Source: Polaromonas sp. (lineage in GTDB: Bacteria > Pseudomonadota > Gammaproteobacteria > Burkholderiales > Burkholderiaceae_C). Taken from it: DNA of 64,000 bases. Location of the stretch: NCBI GenBank assembly GCA_040381515.1, contig JBEIHE010000001.1:5841-69840 (forward strand), read 5' to 3'. Position 1 is the stretch's first letter, and each line of letters opens with the position of its first letter. The notes beneath the pieces are model-generated. The model searched no databases and was not told where the DNA came from. It saw only the letters and a program-made list of their open reading frames with translations. Shown piece by piece: positions 48,598-57,727 of the stretch. The position numbers and the translations under genes are program-made.

Positions 48598-49526
48598 CTG
48601 CCTCCGTCGAGTCACCGGAGCCCTCCTGGCTCGGTCGCTTCGTGGCACTGGGCGCCATATGGGGCTCATCCTTTATGTTCATGCGTCTGGCTGTGGGGGA
48701 GCTAGGCCCCTTACCCACCTCAGCGCTGCGGGTGGCCATCGGCGCACTCTTTTTACTGCCCTTGCTGATCTGGCGCGGCCAAGTTCATCTGCTGCGGCAG
48801 CGCTGGTTGCCGGTCTTCTTTGTGGGCCTGCTCAATTCCGGCATCCCATTTGCCCTGTTTGCTTTCTCCCTGCTGACTCTCACCACCGGCCTGTCCTCCA
48901 TCATCAACGCTAGCGTGCCGATGTTCGGAGCCCTGGTGGCTTGGTTATGGTTGGGGGATAAGCCTGGTCCCTGGCGCATCGCAGGCCTGGTGCTGGGGTT
49001 CACCGGCGTCGCACTGCTCGCCTGGGACCAGGCCGGCATCAAGACAGAGAACCAGAGCCTGCACCCGCTGTGGGCGATTGTGGCCTGCATCGGAGCTTGC
49101 ATCAGCTATGCGATCGCCGCCAGTTTCACCCGCCTCCACCTGCAAGATGTACCCCCGCTGGTGGCAGCCACCGGCAGCCAGATTGGCGCGACGATCGGTA
49201 TGGCCTTGCCCGCCGCCTATTTATGGCCGGCGGCAGCACCCAGTCCGGTGGCTTGGCTTTCACTCTTGGTTCTGGGCGGCTTGTGCACCGGCGTGGCGTA
49301 TTTGCTGTACTTTCGACTCCTCAACGACTGTGGCCCCTCGAAAACCTTGGCGGTGACCTACCTCATCCCCTTGTTTGCCGTCACCTATGGCGTCTTGCTC
49401 TTGGAGGAACACTTCACGCCCCTGATGGGATTGCATGCCCTGATCGTTCTACTGGGCACAGCCATGGCCACTGGCATGATCGACCCCAAGGCCATGGGCG
49501 GCAAGCGGTCATCTGAGAGACTCTGA
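48594..49526 (+). CDS. DMT/EamA-family transporter
   Basis: About 10 TM helices, GAIWGSSF, NASVPMF, YFRLLNDCGP; TTG start overlaps the ogt stop. Confidence 0.9.
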   Translation: MTASVESPEPSWLGRFVALGAIWGSSFMFMRLAVGELGPLPTSALRVAIGALFLLPLLIWRGQVHLLRQRWLPVFFVGLLNSGIPFALFAFSLLTLTTGLSSIINASVPMFGALVAWLWLGDKPGPWRIAGLVLGFTGVALLAWDQAGIKTENQSLHPLWAIVACIGACISYAIAASFTRLHLQDVPPLVAATGSQIGATIGMALPAAYLWPAAAPSPVAWLSLLVLGGLCTGVAYLLYFRLLNDCGPSKTLAVTYLIPLFAVTYGVLLLEEHFTPLMGLHALIVLLGTAMATGMIDPKAMGGKRSSERL

Positions 49527-49593
49527 TCCTTGTCGCTCGAAGGGATTTGTCAGTGCCCTCAGAATTTCGATTTTTCCTTCTTCATCTTCCAAA

Positions 49594-50145
49594 ATGACCC
49601 TCCCTGTTGTCGCTCCCTCCCGCCGCCGTGCCCTTGCAAGCTTGCTGGTGGGCCTGGCCAGCCTGGGCGCCCTGAGCCAGACCCTTGCGGGGCCTCATGA
49701 GCATGGCGTGGCCCACCTGAACATAGCCCTCGAGGGCAGTCGCCTCGACATTTCGATCAAGGTGCCCCTGGAGAGCCTGCTCGGCTACGAGCGTGCCCCT
49801 CGCACCGATGCGGAAAAAGCCGCTGCGACCGCCCTCCTCGAACGCTTCAGGCAGGGCCAGCCTGTCCTGGCGCTGCCTCAGAAGGCCCAATGCAAACCCG
49901 CGGGCCCCGCGCAGGTGACAGCGCCTTTGATCGAGGGACAGGCCAGTGCGACGACAGGCCACGGCGACCTCCAAGCCCAATACCGATTCGATTGCGCACA
50001 AGCCAACGAGTTGCGCGAAATCGATGTAACCCTGTTTGATGTCTCCAAGGGCCTGAGCCGAGTCAGGGCCCAGATGATCGGTCCCCAGGGGCAGTCGCAA
50101 TCGGTACTGCGTCGCAACAAGCGGCAGCTCAAGCTCATCCGCTGA
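49594..50145 (+). CDS. DUF2796 / ZrgA-like periplasmic metal-binding protein
   Basis: Signal peptide, HEHGVAHLNIAL, SLLGYERAP, HGDLQAQYRFDC. Confidence 0.8.
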   Translation: MTLPVVAPSRRRALASLLVGLASLGALSQTLAGPHEHGVAHLNIALEGSRLDISIKVPLESLLGYERAPRTDAEKAAATALLERFRQGQPVLALPQKAQCKPAGPAQVTAPLIEGQASATTGHGDLQAQYRFDCAQANELREIDVTLFDVSKGLSRVRAQMIGPQGQSQSVLRRNKRQLKLIR

Positions 50146-50153
50146 CCCGTGCC

Positions 50154-50846
50154 ATGACTGCAGAGCCGGTTCTTCTATTGCGCGGCGTGCGATTTCGCTG
50201 GCCCTCACAGGAAGAAGACTGCCTGCGAGTCGAGCACCTAGCGCTATCGGCCGGTGAACGACTGCTGATCAGCGGAGACAGCGGTTGCGGCAAGAGCACC
50301 CTGCTGTCCCTGGCCGCCGGGGTGCTGATGGCGCAGGCCGGACATATCAGGCTCATGGGGAAAGATTGGCGCAGCCTGAGCGCGAGTCGGCGCGAGCAAA
50401 CGCGCGCTGATCATGTCGGCTATTTGTTCCAGCAGTTCAACCTGCTGCCCTACCTCAGCCCGATTGACAACGTGCTGCTGCCCTGTCGCCTGTCGGCCTT
50501 GCGCGCGCAGCGTTGCCAGGGGCAGGGACTGGAACAGGCGCGGCAACTGCTCCAGGCACTGGGTATCGACTCGGCGCTGTGGCATCAGCCATCAGGGCAG
50601 CTGTCAGTGGGTCAGCAGCAGCGGGTAGCCGCCGCACGTGCCTTGATCGGGCAACCCGAGCTGGTCATTGCGGACGAGCCGACCTCGGCCCTTGATGAGC
50701 GTCGTCGAGACGAGTTCATGGAGTTGCTGCTCAACCAGTGCGAGCGATCGGGCAGCGCCTTGTTGTTTGTCAGCCATGATCGCCGCCTGAGCGCCCATTT
50801 CGAGCGGGTACTTGACTTGCCATCACCCTCGGAGCCAGGCGCATGA
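50154..50846 (+). CDS. ABC transporter ATP-binding protein (LolD/MacB-like)
   Basis: GDSGCGKST, FQQFNLLP, LSVGQQQRV, ADEPTSALD. Confidence 0.93.
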   Translation: MTAEPVLLLRGVRFRWPSQEEDCLRVEHLALSAGERLLISGDSGCGKSTLLSLAAGVLMAQAGHIRLMGKDWRSLSASRREQTRADHVGYLFQQFNLLPYLSPIDNVLLPCRLSALRAQRCQGQGLEQARQLLQALGIDSALWHQPSGQLSVGQQQRVAAARALIGQPELVIADEPTSALDERRRDEFMELLLNQCERSGSALLFVSHDRRLSAHFERVLDLPSPSEPGA

Positions 50847-52102
50847 AAGGTTTGGGATCACTGGCATGGCGCAGTGCCTGGAGCCGCCGTTACGGGCTGT
50901 CCTGGGTGGCGGTGTCGATAGCCCTGGCCACTTTCCTGATGCTCTGCCTGGAGCAGCTCCGCCATGATGTGCGCCAACACTTTGCCCAATCGGTCTCGGG
51001 GACCGACCTGATCGTTGGGGCCCGCACCAGCAGCACCGCTCTTCTGCTTTATTCGGTCTTTCGCATCGGCAACGCCACCCAAAACATACGCTGGAGCAGC
51101 GTCGAGGCCCTGGCTCGAGATCCAGCCGTGGCCTGGGTGATTCCCATTTCGCTGGGTGATTCGTTTCAGGGCTATCCGGTCGTGGCCACGCAGGCCAGCT
51201 TCTTCGAGCATTTTCGCTACGGTGAGCGCCAGCGGCTGACCATGGCTCAAGGCCGTCCCTTTACCGATCTGCTCGATGCGGTGGTCGGCGCCGAGGTGGC
51301 TCAACGCCTGGGACTGCGCATCGGTCAACGCATCACCCTCAGCCACGGTAGCGGAGCCTTTCAGGCTCATGACCATGACGACAGGCCCTTTACCGTCACT
51401 GGCATTCTGGGTCGTACCGGCACCCCTGTTGATCGATCGGTTCACATCAGCCTGCAAGGCATGGAGGCCCTCCATGTCGACTGGGTGGCAGGCATGCCCT
51501 CGCGCGAGGCCATCCACACCGATCAGTTGCGCTCGATGGACCTGACTCCGCGATCGGTCACCGCCGCTCTGATCGGGCTCAAATCTCGAGCGGCGGTGTT
51601 TTCGATGCAGCGGAGCATCTCAGACTTCCAGGCCGAACCCCTGATGGCGATCCTGCCCGGCGTGGCACTCGATGAACTGTGGAACACGGTGGCCATCGGC
51701 GAACAGGCGCTTGAATTGATGGTCGGGATCGTGGCCCTTGTCAGCCTGCTGGGGCTGGTGGCTGCCGTCAATGCCGGGCTGGAACAACGGCGTCATGAGC
51801 TGGCGGTGTTGCGATCGCTCGGGGCTGGGCCGACCCGGGTGTTTGCCTTGTTGCTGATCGAAGGTCTGGTGGTCACCACCCTCGCGGTTCTAGGCGGTAT
51901 CTTGCTGACCATGCTGGTGCTGTTTGGGCTGGGCGATTGGATCGGGTCGCACTACGGCATCACGGTGTCCCTGCAGGCCCCCTTGAACCGCCAGCTGCTG
52001 ATGATTGCGGGAATCCTGTTGGCCGGTGTGGCCGCCAGCGCCTTACCAGGCTGGCGCGCGTACCGACTCTCCAGTGCCGACGGTCTCCAACCCCGGCCAT
52101 GA
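50843..52102 (+). CDS. ABC transporter permease (FtsX/MacB type, ZrgC-like)
   Basis: SVSGTDLIVGAR, LLYSVFRIG, PISLGDS, HDHDD loop, ELAVLRSLGA. Confidence 0.9.
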   Translation: MKGLGSLAWRSAWSRRYGLSWVAVSIALATFLMLCLEQLRHDVRQHFAQSVSGTDLIVGARTSSTALLLYSVFRIGNATQNIRWSSVEALARDPAVAWVIPISLGDSFQGYPVVATQASFFEHFRYGERQRLTMAQGRPFTDLLDAVVGAEVAQRLGLRIGQRITLSHGSGAFQAHDHDDRPFTVTGILGRTGTPVDRSVHISLQGMEALHVDWVAGMPSREAIHTDQLRSMDLTPRSVTAALIGLKSRAAVFSMQRSISDFQAEPLMAILPGVALDELWNTVAIGEQALELMVGIVALVSLLGLVAAVNAGLEQRRHELAVLRSLGAGPTRVFALLLIEGLVVTTLAVLGGILLTMLVLFGLGDWIGSHYGITVSLQAPLNRQLLMIAGILLAGVAASALPGWRAYRLSSADGLQPRP

Positions 52103-52106
52103 AGAC

Positions 52107-52655
52107 ATGAACCTTCTGCGTCGTCGCTTGCTTCAAAACGCCATGCTGTTTGGCGTCTTCACCGCAGACCCGCTCTGGGCTCAGTCGCGCGGCAATTACC
52201 GCACGCTTCAGTGGGACGATCTGATGCCAGCCGGCTGGAACCCCAAGGCTGCCCTCGGTGGCATCGACGTCAGCCGCATTCCTGAGGGCAGCGCCGAAGA
52301 GCTTGAGCTGCAGCGCAAGATGCGCAAAATCTGGGACAACGCGCCCGTACGCCCCGAACTTGAAGGCCAGCGCGTTCGACTACCGGGCTATGTGGTTCCC
52401 CTGGAGTACAGCACCGGGGCCATACGCGAGTTCTTGCTGGTTCCCTACTTCGGAGCCTGCATCCATACCCCACCTCCGCCAGCAAACCAGATCGTCATGG
52501 TCAGGCTGCAGCGCCCCGCCCGAATTCGCACCATGGATGCGTGTTGGGTGGCCGGTGTGCTGGGCATCGAACACAGCACCACCGACTGGGGGGTCAGCGG
52601 CTACACCCTGCTCGGCCATCAAGTCGACGAGTACCGCGGACCCCGCAAACCTTGA
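52107..52655 (+). CDS. DUF3299 family protein (ZrgD-like)
   Basis: LQWDDLMP, VRLPGYVVPL, EFLLVPYFGACIHTPPPPANQIV. Confidence 0.87.
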   Translation: MNLLRRRLLQNAMLFGVFTADPLWAQSRGNYRTLQWDDLMPAGWNPKAALGGIDVSRIPEGSAEELELQRKMRKIWDNAPVRPELEGQRVRLPGYVVPLEYSTGAIREFLLVPYFGACIHTPPPPANQIVMVRLQRPARIRTMDACWVAGVLGIEHSTTDWGVSGYTLLGHQVDEYRGPRKP

Positions 52656-52673
52656 AGCAGCCGGCCCAAACTT

Positions 52674-53132
52674 TCAGGCCTGCTCCAACAGCCACACGTT
52701 GAGAGACTTGCCCTGGTATTGCTCGGGCCAGCGCCCGTCGAAAACAGACACCACAAACTCGGCCACCCGGTCGAGGCGGGGCACCACCTGCCCTTGCCAG
52801 GTCTTTCGATCGTCGCTCTCGTGCCCACGCACCGCATCGGCCAAAGCCAATCCTGCGCTGGTCAGGCCCTCCGATACGATGAAGTCAAGATCACTGGCAG
52901 CGTAGTAGACCGGGTCGAGCTCAAACGCATCCAACACCGCCTCAGCCATGGCCGCGTAACCCGCCTCTCCTGGCCCATAGGCCAGCCGTGCTCCTCTGGC
53001 CAAAGCCGTGGACACGCGCTCCTGTTCAGCCAGGAGACGGTCAAAACCGGCTTGCCCGAGCAACAAACCCACCCGCGCCACCAAAGCGGCATAGACCAAT
53101 TCACGGATTGCGGAACGAGACAACTTGGACAA
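52674..53132 (-). CDS. Hypothetical protein (about 152 aa)
   Basis: TTG at 53132 preceded by GAAGGAG; open frame with globular-looking composition; no recognised motif. Confidence 0.6.
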   Translation of the reverse strand: MSKLSRSAIRELVYAALVARVGLLLGQAGFDRLLAEQERVSTALARGARLAYGPGEAGYAAMAEAVLDAFELDPVYYAASDLDFIVSEGLTSAGLALADAVRGHESDDRKTWQGQVVPRLDRVAEFVVSVFDGRWPEQYQGKSLNVWLLEQA

Positions 53133-53299
53133 GACAGCTCCTTCAAAGCGGCCGCAACTGCAGCCCTCAGACGGCAAGTGTCGCGCAAATTTAGAAGTCA
53201 CCTGAAGTGGCGGGCCTGCACCGTACGAACGGAGCAGGACGGGCAAGGCCCCCTACCGCCCGCGTGCGATAGACTCCCGGCAACCCCCAAGGAGATGCC

Positions 53300-54427
53300 A
53301 TGCCCGGCCTGTTGCCCCTAATCGATCCCGACGGACTGCTCGAGTTTTCGGTGGTCTACACCGACCGATCGCTGAACCACATGTCCAAGCGCTTCCAGGG
53401 CGTGATGCGGGATATTTCGCGCATGCTCAAGGAGGTCTATCAAGCGCACCGCGTGGCCTTGGTGCCCGGTAGCGGCACGTTTGGCATGGAATCGGTGGCG
53501 CGGCAATTTGCCACCGGCAAGCATGTCATGGTCATCCGAAACGGCTGGTTCAGCTACCGCTGGACGCAGATCTTCGACATGGGGCAAATTCCCGCCAGTC
53601 ACACCGTGATGAAAGCTCGCCGCGTGGCCGAAGGCAGCCAGGCGCCCTGGGCGCCAGCGCCTATTGCCGAGGTGGTGGCGGCCATTGCCGCAGAAAAGCC
53701 CGCCGTGGTCTTTGCGCCGCATGTCGAGACGTCAGCCGGCATGATGCTGCCCGACGACTACCTGCGCGCGCTGGCCGATGCCGTGCATGCCCACGGGGGT
53801 CTGCTGGTGCTTGACTGCGTGGCCTCTGGTGCAATGTGGGTGGACATGCGGGCCACCGGCGTCGATGTCTTGATTACAGCGCCACAGAAGGGCTGGAGCA
53901 GCTCGCCCTGCTGCGCCATGGTGATGCTCAGCGAGAGGGCGCGCCAGGCGATCGACCAAACGCAAAGCACCACATTCTCGATGGACCTTCGCAAATGGCT
54001 GCAGGTCATGGAAACCTACGAGGGCGGTGGCCACGTTTATCACACCACCTTGCCCACCGACGCTCTGGTGCGCCTGCGCGAGGTCATGCTGGAGACCGAG
54101 GCCTACGGTTTTGCCAAGGTTCGACAGGAACAGATTGAACTAGGGCACCAGGTGCGTCTCTTACTGGCCCAGGCCGGCTACCCCAGTGTCGCCGCCCCCG
54201 GCTTTGAGGCCCCGGGCGTGGTTGTGAGCTACACCGCCGACCCCGACATCCAATCCAGCAAAAAGTTCCTTGCCGCCGGTCTCCAGACGGCTGCGGGCGT
54301 GCCTCTGCAGTGCGACGAGCCTGCAGATTTCCGAACCTTCCGCATCGGCCTCTTCGGGCTTGAGAAATGGCACCACGTCGACCGGACGGTGGGGCACCTG
54401 AAGGCGGCACTGGCCCAAATCGACTGA
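53300..54427 (+). CDS. Class V PLP aminotransferase (alanine/serine-glyoxylate type)
   Basis: MPGLLPLIDPDGLLEFSVVYTDRS, PGSGTFGME, HVETSAG, LDCVASG, TAPQKGWS (PLP lysine). Confidence 0.92.
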   Translation: MPGLLPLIDPDGLLEFSVVYTDRSLNHMSKRFQGVMRDISRMLKEVYQAHRVALVPGSGTFGMESVARQFATGKHVMVIRNGWFSYRWTQIFDMGQIPASHTVMKARRVAEGSQAPWAPAPIAEVVAAIAAEKPAVVFAPHVETSAGMMLPDDYLRALADAVHAHGGLLVLDCVASGAMWVDMRATGVDVLITAPQKGWSSSPCCAMVMLSERARQAIDQTQSTTFSMDLRKWLQVMETYEGGGHVYHTTLPTDALVRLREVMLETEAYGFAKVRQEQIELGHQVRLLLAQAGYPSVAAPGFEAPGVVVSYTADPDIQSSKKFLAAGLQTAAGVPLQCDEPADFRTFRIGLFGLEKWHHVDRTVGHLKAALAQID

Positions 54428-54455
54428 AGGCACTGCGCGCGCCCTCGTCTGGGCG

Positions 54456-54484
54456 CCCCCCCCGCCCCGCCCCGCCCCGGGGGG
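54456..54484 (-). repeat. (GGGGC)n tract; G-quadruplex motif
   Basis: Minus strand CCCCCC-GGGG-C-GGGG-C-GGGG-C-GGGGGGGG, intergenic. Confidence 0.7.
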
Positions 54485-54628
54485 CACTGTCCACCAGGCG
54501 ACCCGATAAGGGGATCCCTCTGGCGCAAAAGCCGGGATCGCTGTAGAGTTGTTTCTCAGAAGTCATCCAGCAAAAGAGCGTCGCCCCCTCAGGGGAGTCG
54601 GAACGCCAGACAGGGCAGGAGAAGTGGC

Positions 54629-55015
54629 ATGCCGACACCTCGGCTACCCGCAGAAATCAAGGAGGCTTTGCTTCACGCGTTGCACGCGCCCGACGAGAGG
54701 GTGCCTCGCTACACCATTGTCTGGAGCGAGGGCGATGTGCACATGGAAGTGGCCTACCTCACTGACGAGGAGCAGCAGCAGCGACTGCTGGCCCAACTCA
54801 CGGCACTGCGAGAGCGTGTCGAGGACGGCGAGTTCATCGACGGGGCCAAGTGGACCGTTTTTTTTCCAGAACGAGCCGACGGCAGCTATGGCGAGCCGCT
54901 GGTATTGGGCAACCCCAGTCCGCAGGAGCTTCGCCGCGCCCTTAGCAAGGCCAAAGCCCAGCGCGAAGGCCTGGAGTCTGTAGAGCGGGCCAGGCAAGGC
55001 TCCAAGCCGGACTGA
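54629..55015 (+). CDS. Hypothetical protein (128 aa)
   Basis: AGGAG SD upstream; G/C-ending codon bias like its neighbours; fills the intergenic gap. Confidence 0.7.
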   Translation: MPTPRLPAEIKEALLHALHAPDERVPRYTIVWSEGDVHMEVAYLTDEEQQQRLLAQLTALRERVEDGEFIDGAKWTVFFPERADGSYGEPLVLGNPSPQELRRALSKAKAQREGLESVERARQGSKPD

Positions 55016-55089
55016 GTGCCCGGGCACAAGCAACTCAAGAGCCGCCGCACGAGGCCAGCTAAGATCGGTCTTCCTCGACGAGCTTTCCC

Positions 55090-55731
55090 GTGCTGGCCTA
55101 CCTCACCATTCCCGTTACCGCCTTCCAACAAAACTGCTCCCTGGTGTGGGACGAGCAGACGCGGCAGGCCGCCGTCATTGATCCGGGCGGTGATCTGGAT
55201 CACCTGTTGGCGCAGATCAAGCAACTCGATCTCAAGCTGGAGCAAATCTGGCTCACCCATGCCCATATCGATCATGCCGGCGGCACCGGCGAACTGGCCC
55301 ACAGGCAAGGCCTACCCATCATCGGACCGCATCCGGGCGATCAGTTCTGGATCGATGCCCTTCCGCAGCAGAGCGTGATGTTCGGCTTTCCGCGTGCGCA
55401 AGCCTTCAAGCCCACTCGCTGGCTCCACGAAGGCGATAGCGTCTCGATCGGCGCCTACACCTTGCAGGTTCATCACTGCCCCGGACATACGCCTGGCCAT
55501 GTGGTCTTCTATTCGCCCGAGCTCAAGCGCGCTTTTGTGGGCGATGTGCTCTTTGCCGGGAGCATTGGACGTACCGATTTCCCACAGGGCAATTTCGATC
55601 AACTGATCGACAGCATCCGAAGCAAACTCTGGCCTTTGGGAGATGACACCATCTTCATTCCCGGTCACGGCCCAGAAAGCAGCTTTGGCCAGGAAAGACG
55701 CAGCAACCCGTTTGTGGCAGACCAGCGCTAG
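55090..55731 (+). CDS. MBL-fold metallo-hydrolase (glyoxalase II / GloC-YcbL-like)
   Basis: PVTAFQQNCS, IDPGG, THAHIDHAGG, PGHTPGH, GDVLFAGSIGRTD. Confidence 0.93.
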   Translation: MLAYLTIPVTAFQQNCSLVWDEQTRQAAVIDPGGDLDHLLAQIKQLDLKLEQIWLTHAHIDHAGGTGELAHRQGLPIIGPHPGDQFWIDALPQQSVMFGFPRAQAFKPTRWLHEGDSVSIGAYTLQVHHCPGHTPGHVVFYSPELKRAFVGDVLFAGSIGRTDFPQGNFDQLIDSIRSKLWPLGDDTIFIPGHGPESSFGQERRSNPFVADQR

Positions 55732-55790
55732 CCTTGCGGCAGTAGAAAGATGCCCCCAAGCCCCCACCAAAGGTCTTCGCGGGTGCAACA

Positions 55791-55816
55791 CAAACAACAA
55801 CGCGCCCGAAGGCGCG
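55791..55816 (-). terminator. Intrinsic terminator after the tRNA operon
   Basis: Minus strand CGCGCC-TTCG-GGCGCG followed by TTGTTGTTTG, immediately after tRNA-Asp. Confidence 0.65.
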
Positions 55817-55831
55817 CTATTGAGAGAGATT

Positions 55832-55908
55832 TGGCGGAGTGGACGGGGCTCGAACCCGCGACCCCCGGCGTGACAGGCCGGTATTCTAACCAACTGAACT
55901 ACCACTCC
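55832..55908 (-). tRNA. tRNA-Asp (GTC)
   Basis: GGAGTGGTAGTTCAGTTGGTTAGAATACCGGCCTGTCACGCCGGGGGTCGCGGGTTCGAGCCCCGTCCACTCCGCCA; cloverleaf with encoded CCA. Confidence 0.98.
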
Positions 55909-56006
55909 TGGTAGCAACAACTCTGCTCTTTCGAACCAAGCGCCTCTTCTTGCGAAGCGGCTGTTGCCTGCTTGTGCCTGCCACACTACCCGAGGGCAGT
56001 GAAACC

Positions 56007-56082
56007 TGGCGACCCTACGGGGATTCGAACCCCGGTACTCACCGTGAAAGGGTGATGTCCTAGGCCTCTAGACGATAGGGTC
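56007..56082 (-). tRNA. tRNA-Glu (TTC)
   Basis: GACCCTATCGTCTAGAGGCCTAGGACATCACCCTTTCACGGTGAGTACCGGGGTTCGAATCCCCGTAGGGTCGCCA. Confidence 0.98.
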
Positions 56083-56102
56083 AAAACCTGTGGACTTTCG
56101 AC

Positions 56103-56178
<76 letters not shown>

Positions 56179-56221
56179 TTCGCAAAACCGACTTGCTTGC
56201 AATCCGGTCCTACAACTGTCG

Positions 56222-56258
56222 AGCCGCGCATTATAGCCAGAAAACTGAACTTTCCGAA
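56222..56258 (-). promoter_or_regulatory. Stable-RNA promoter of the tRNA operon
   Basis: Perfect TATAAT (56235-56230) followed by a GC-rich discriminator GCGCGGC; weak -35 (TTCGGA) 17 nt upstream. Confidence 0.65.
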
Positions 56259-56262
56259 CCAC

Positions 56263-57663
56263 TCAAAGCGCGAGCGGGCTTTTGAGTCGCTGCAAGACCA
56301 GACTGCGATCCATTAACTGAAGGACCGCATCGAGCGAGGGAGTCTGAGCCACCCCGAGCAGAGCCACCCGGGCGGGCATGGCCAACTGCGGCATCTTCAA
56401 CTGAGCGCTCTTGATCACATCGGCTACCGCAGCGGCAATGCCCGCACGTGTCCAGGGCGCTTGCTCCAGTGCCTGCGCCAAACGATCGAGCACCGGAAGA
56501 ATGGCCTCGGTCAGGTATTGGGCTCGGTCCTCAGGGCTGGCCCTGCCTCCGCGCACGATCAAGGCCAGCCAGTCAGCCAACTCCACCAGAGTGCTGCACC
56601 GATCCTTGAACAGGGCGCAGGCCGCCATGGCGCGCTCAGGCGATATCTGCAGGTCCCGCTCGTCCAGGAAGGGCTTGAGGGCTTCAAGCAAGTCGGCCTC
56701 AGGCGATGATTTGATGTGCTGTGCATTGACCCACCGCAGCTTGGTCTCATCGAACTGCGCCGCGCTACGGCCCAGGTGATCCAGGTCGAACCACTGCAGA
56801 AACTGCGCACGGCTGAAGATTTCGTCATCGCCGTGACTCCATCCCAGGCGGGCCAGATAGTTGATCATCGCATCGGGCAGATAGCCCTCGCGGGCATAAG
56901 CGGTGACCGCCTTGGCCCCGTTGCGCTTGCTCATCTTCTCGCCCTGCTCGTTGAGCACGGTAGGCAGGTGCGCATACACCGGCGGCTCATGACCGAGCGC
57001 ACGAAAGATATTGATCTGACGCGGCGTGTTGTTCACATGATCGTCCCCACGAATGACATGGGTGATGGCCATATCGATATCGTCGACCACCACGCAAAAG
57101 TTGTAAGTGGGCGTTCCGTCGGGCCGCGCGATCACCAGATCATCCAGTTCCTCGTTGCTGATGGCAATTCGCCCCTTGACCTTGTCCTCCCACGACACCT
57201 CTCCGGACAGTGGGTTCTTAAAACGCAGGACCGGCTGCACACCCGATGGAACCGCCGGCAGCGTCTTGCCCGGCTCGGGCCGCCAGGTGCCGTCATAGCG
57301 GGGCTTGAGCTTGGCCGCCATCTGCCTCTCGCGCAGCGCGTCGAGCTCTTGCACACTCATGTAACAGGGGTAGACCCACCCCTGATCGCGCAGCGCGGCC
57401 AGCACCTGCTTGTAACGGTCCATTCGCTGCATCTGGAAATAAGGGCCTTCGTCGTAATCGAGCCCCAACCAGCGCATGCCCTCGATGATGACCTCCACCG
57501 CCGATTGGGTCGACCGATCGAGATCGGTGTCTTCAATGCGCAAAATGAAATCACCGTCCTGCGCGCGGGCAAAAGCCCAGGGGTAGAGGGCCGAACGGAT
57601 GTTGCCCAGATGAATAAAGCCGGTGGGCGAAGGCGCGAAGCGGGTACGCACGCGTTGGGTCAT
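56263..57663 (-). CDS. gltX: Glutamate--tRNA ligase
   Basis: [16 protein letters not shown] (HIGH-like), LRIEDTD, KMSKR. Confidence 0.98.
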   Translation of the reverse strand: MTQRVRTRFAPSPTGFIHLGNIRSALYPWAFARAQDGDFILRIEDTDLDRSTQSAVEVIIEGMRWLGLDYDEGPYFQMQRMDRYKQVLAALRDQGWVYPCYMSVQELDALRERQMAAKLKPRYDGTWRPEPGKTLPAVPSGVQPVLRFKNPLSGEVSWEDKVKGRIAISNEELDDLVIARPDGTPTYNFCVVVDDIDMAITHVIRGDDHVNNTPRQINIFRALGHEPPVYAHLPTVLNEQGEKMSKRNGAKAVTAYAREGYLPDAMINYLARLGWSHGDDEIFSRAQFLQWFDLDHLGRSAAQFDETKLRWVNAQHIKSSPEADLLEALKPFLDERDLQISPERAMAACALFKDRCSTLVELADWLALIVRGGRASPEDRAQYLTEAILPVLDRLAQALEQAPWTRAGIAAAVADVIKSAQLKMPQLAMPARVALLGVAQTPSLDAVLQLMDRSLVLQRLKSPLAL

Positions 57664-57727
57664 GGCAGCAAGCACTCAAAGAAGAGATCGGGAAGGCCGA
57701 TACCGCAGCGCAGGCCGGCCAGTCAGT

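Noticed and set aside
54490-54628. Possible riboswitch (GCAAAAGCC resembling c-di-GMP-I) upstream of the 128-aa ORF
   Set aside because: The other conserved elements and paired stems of that class could not be found.
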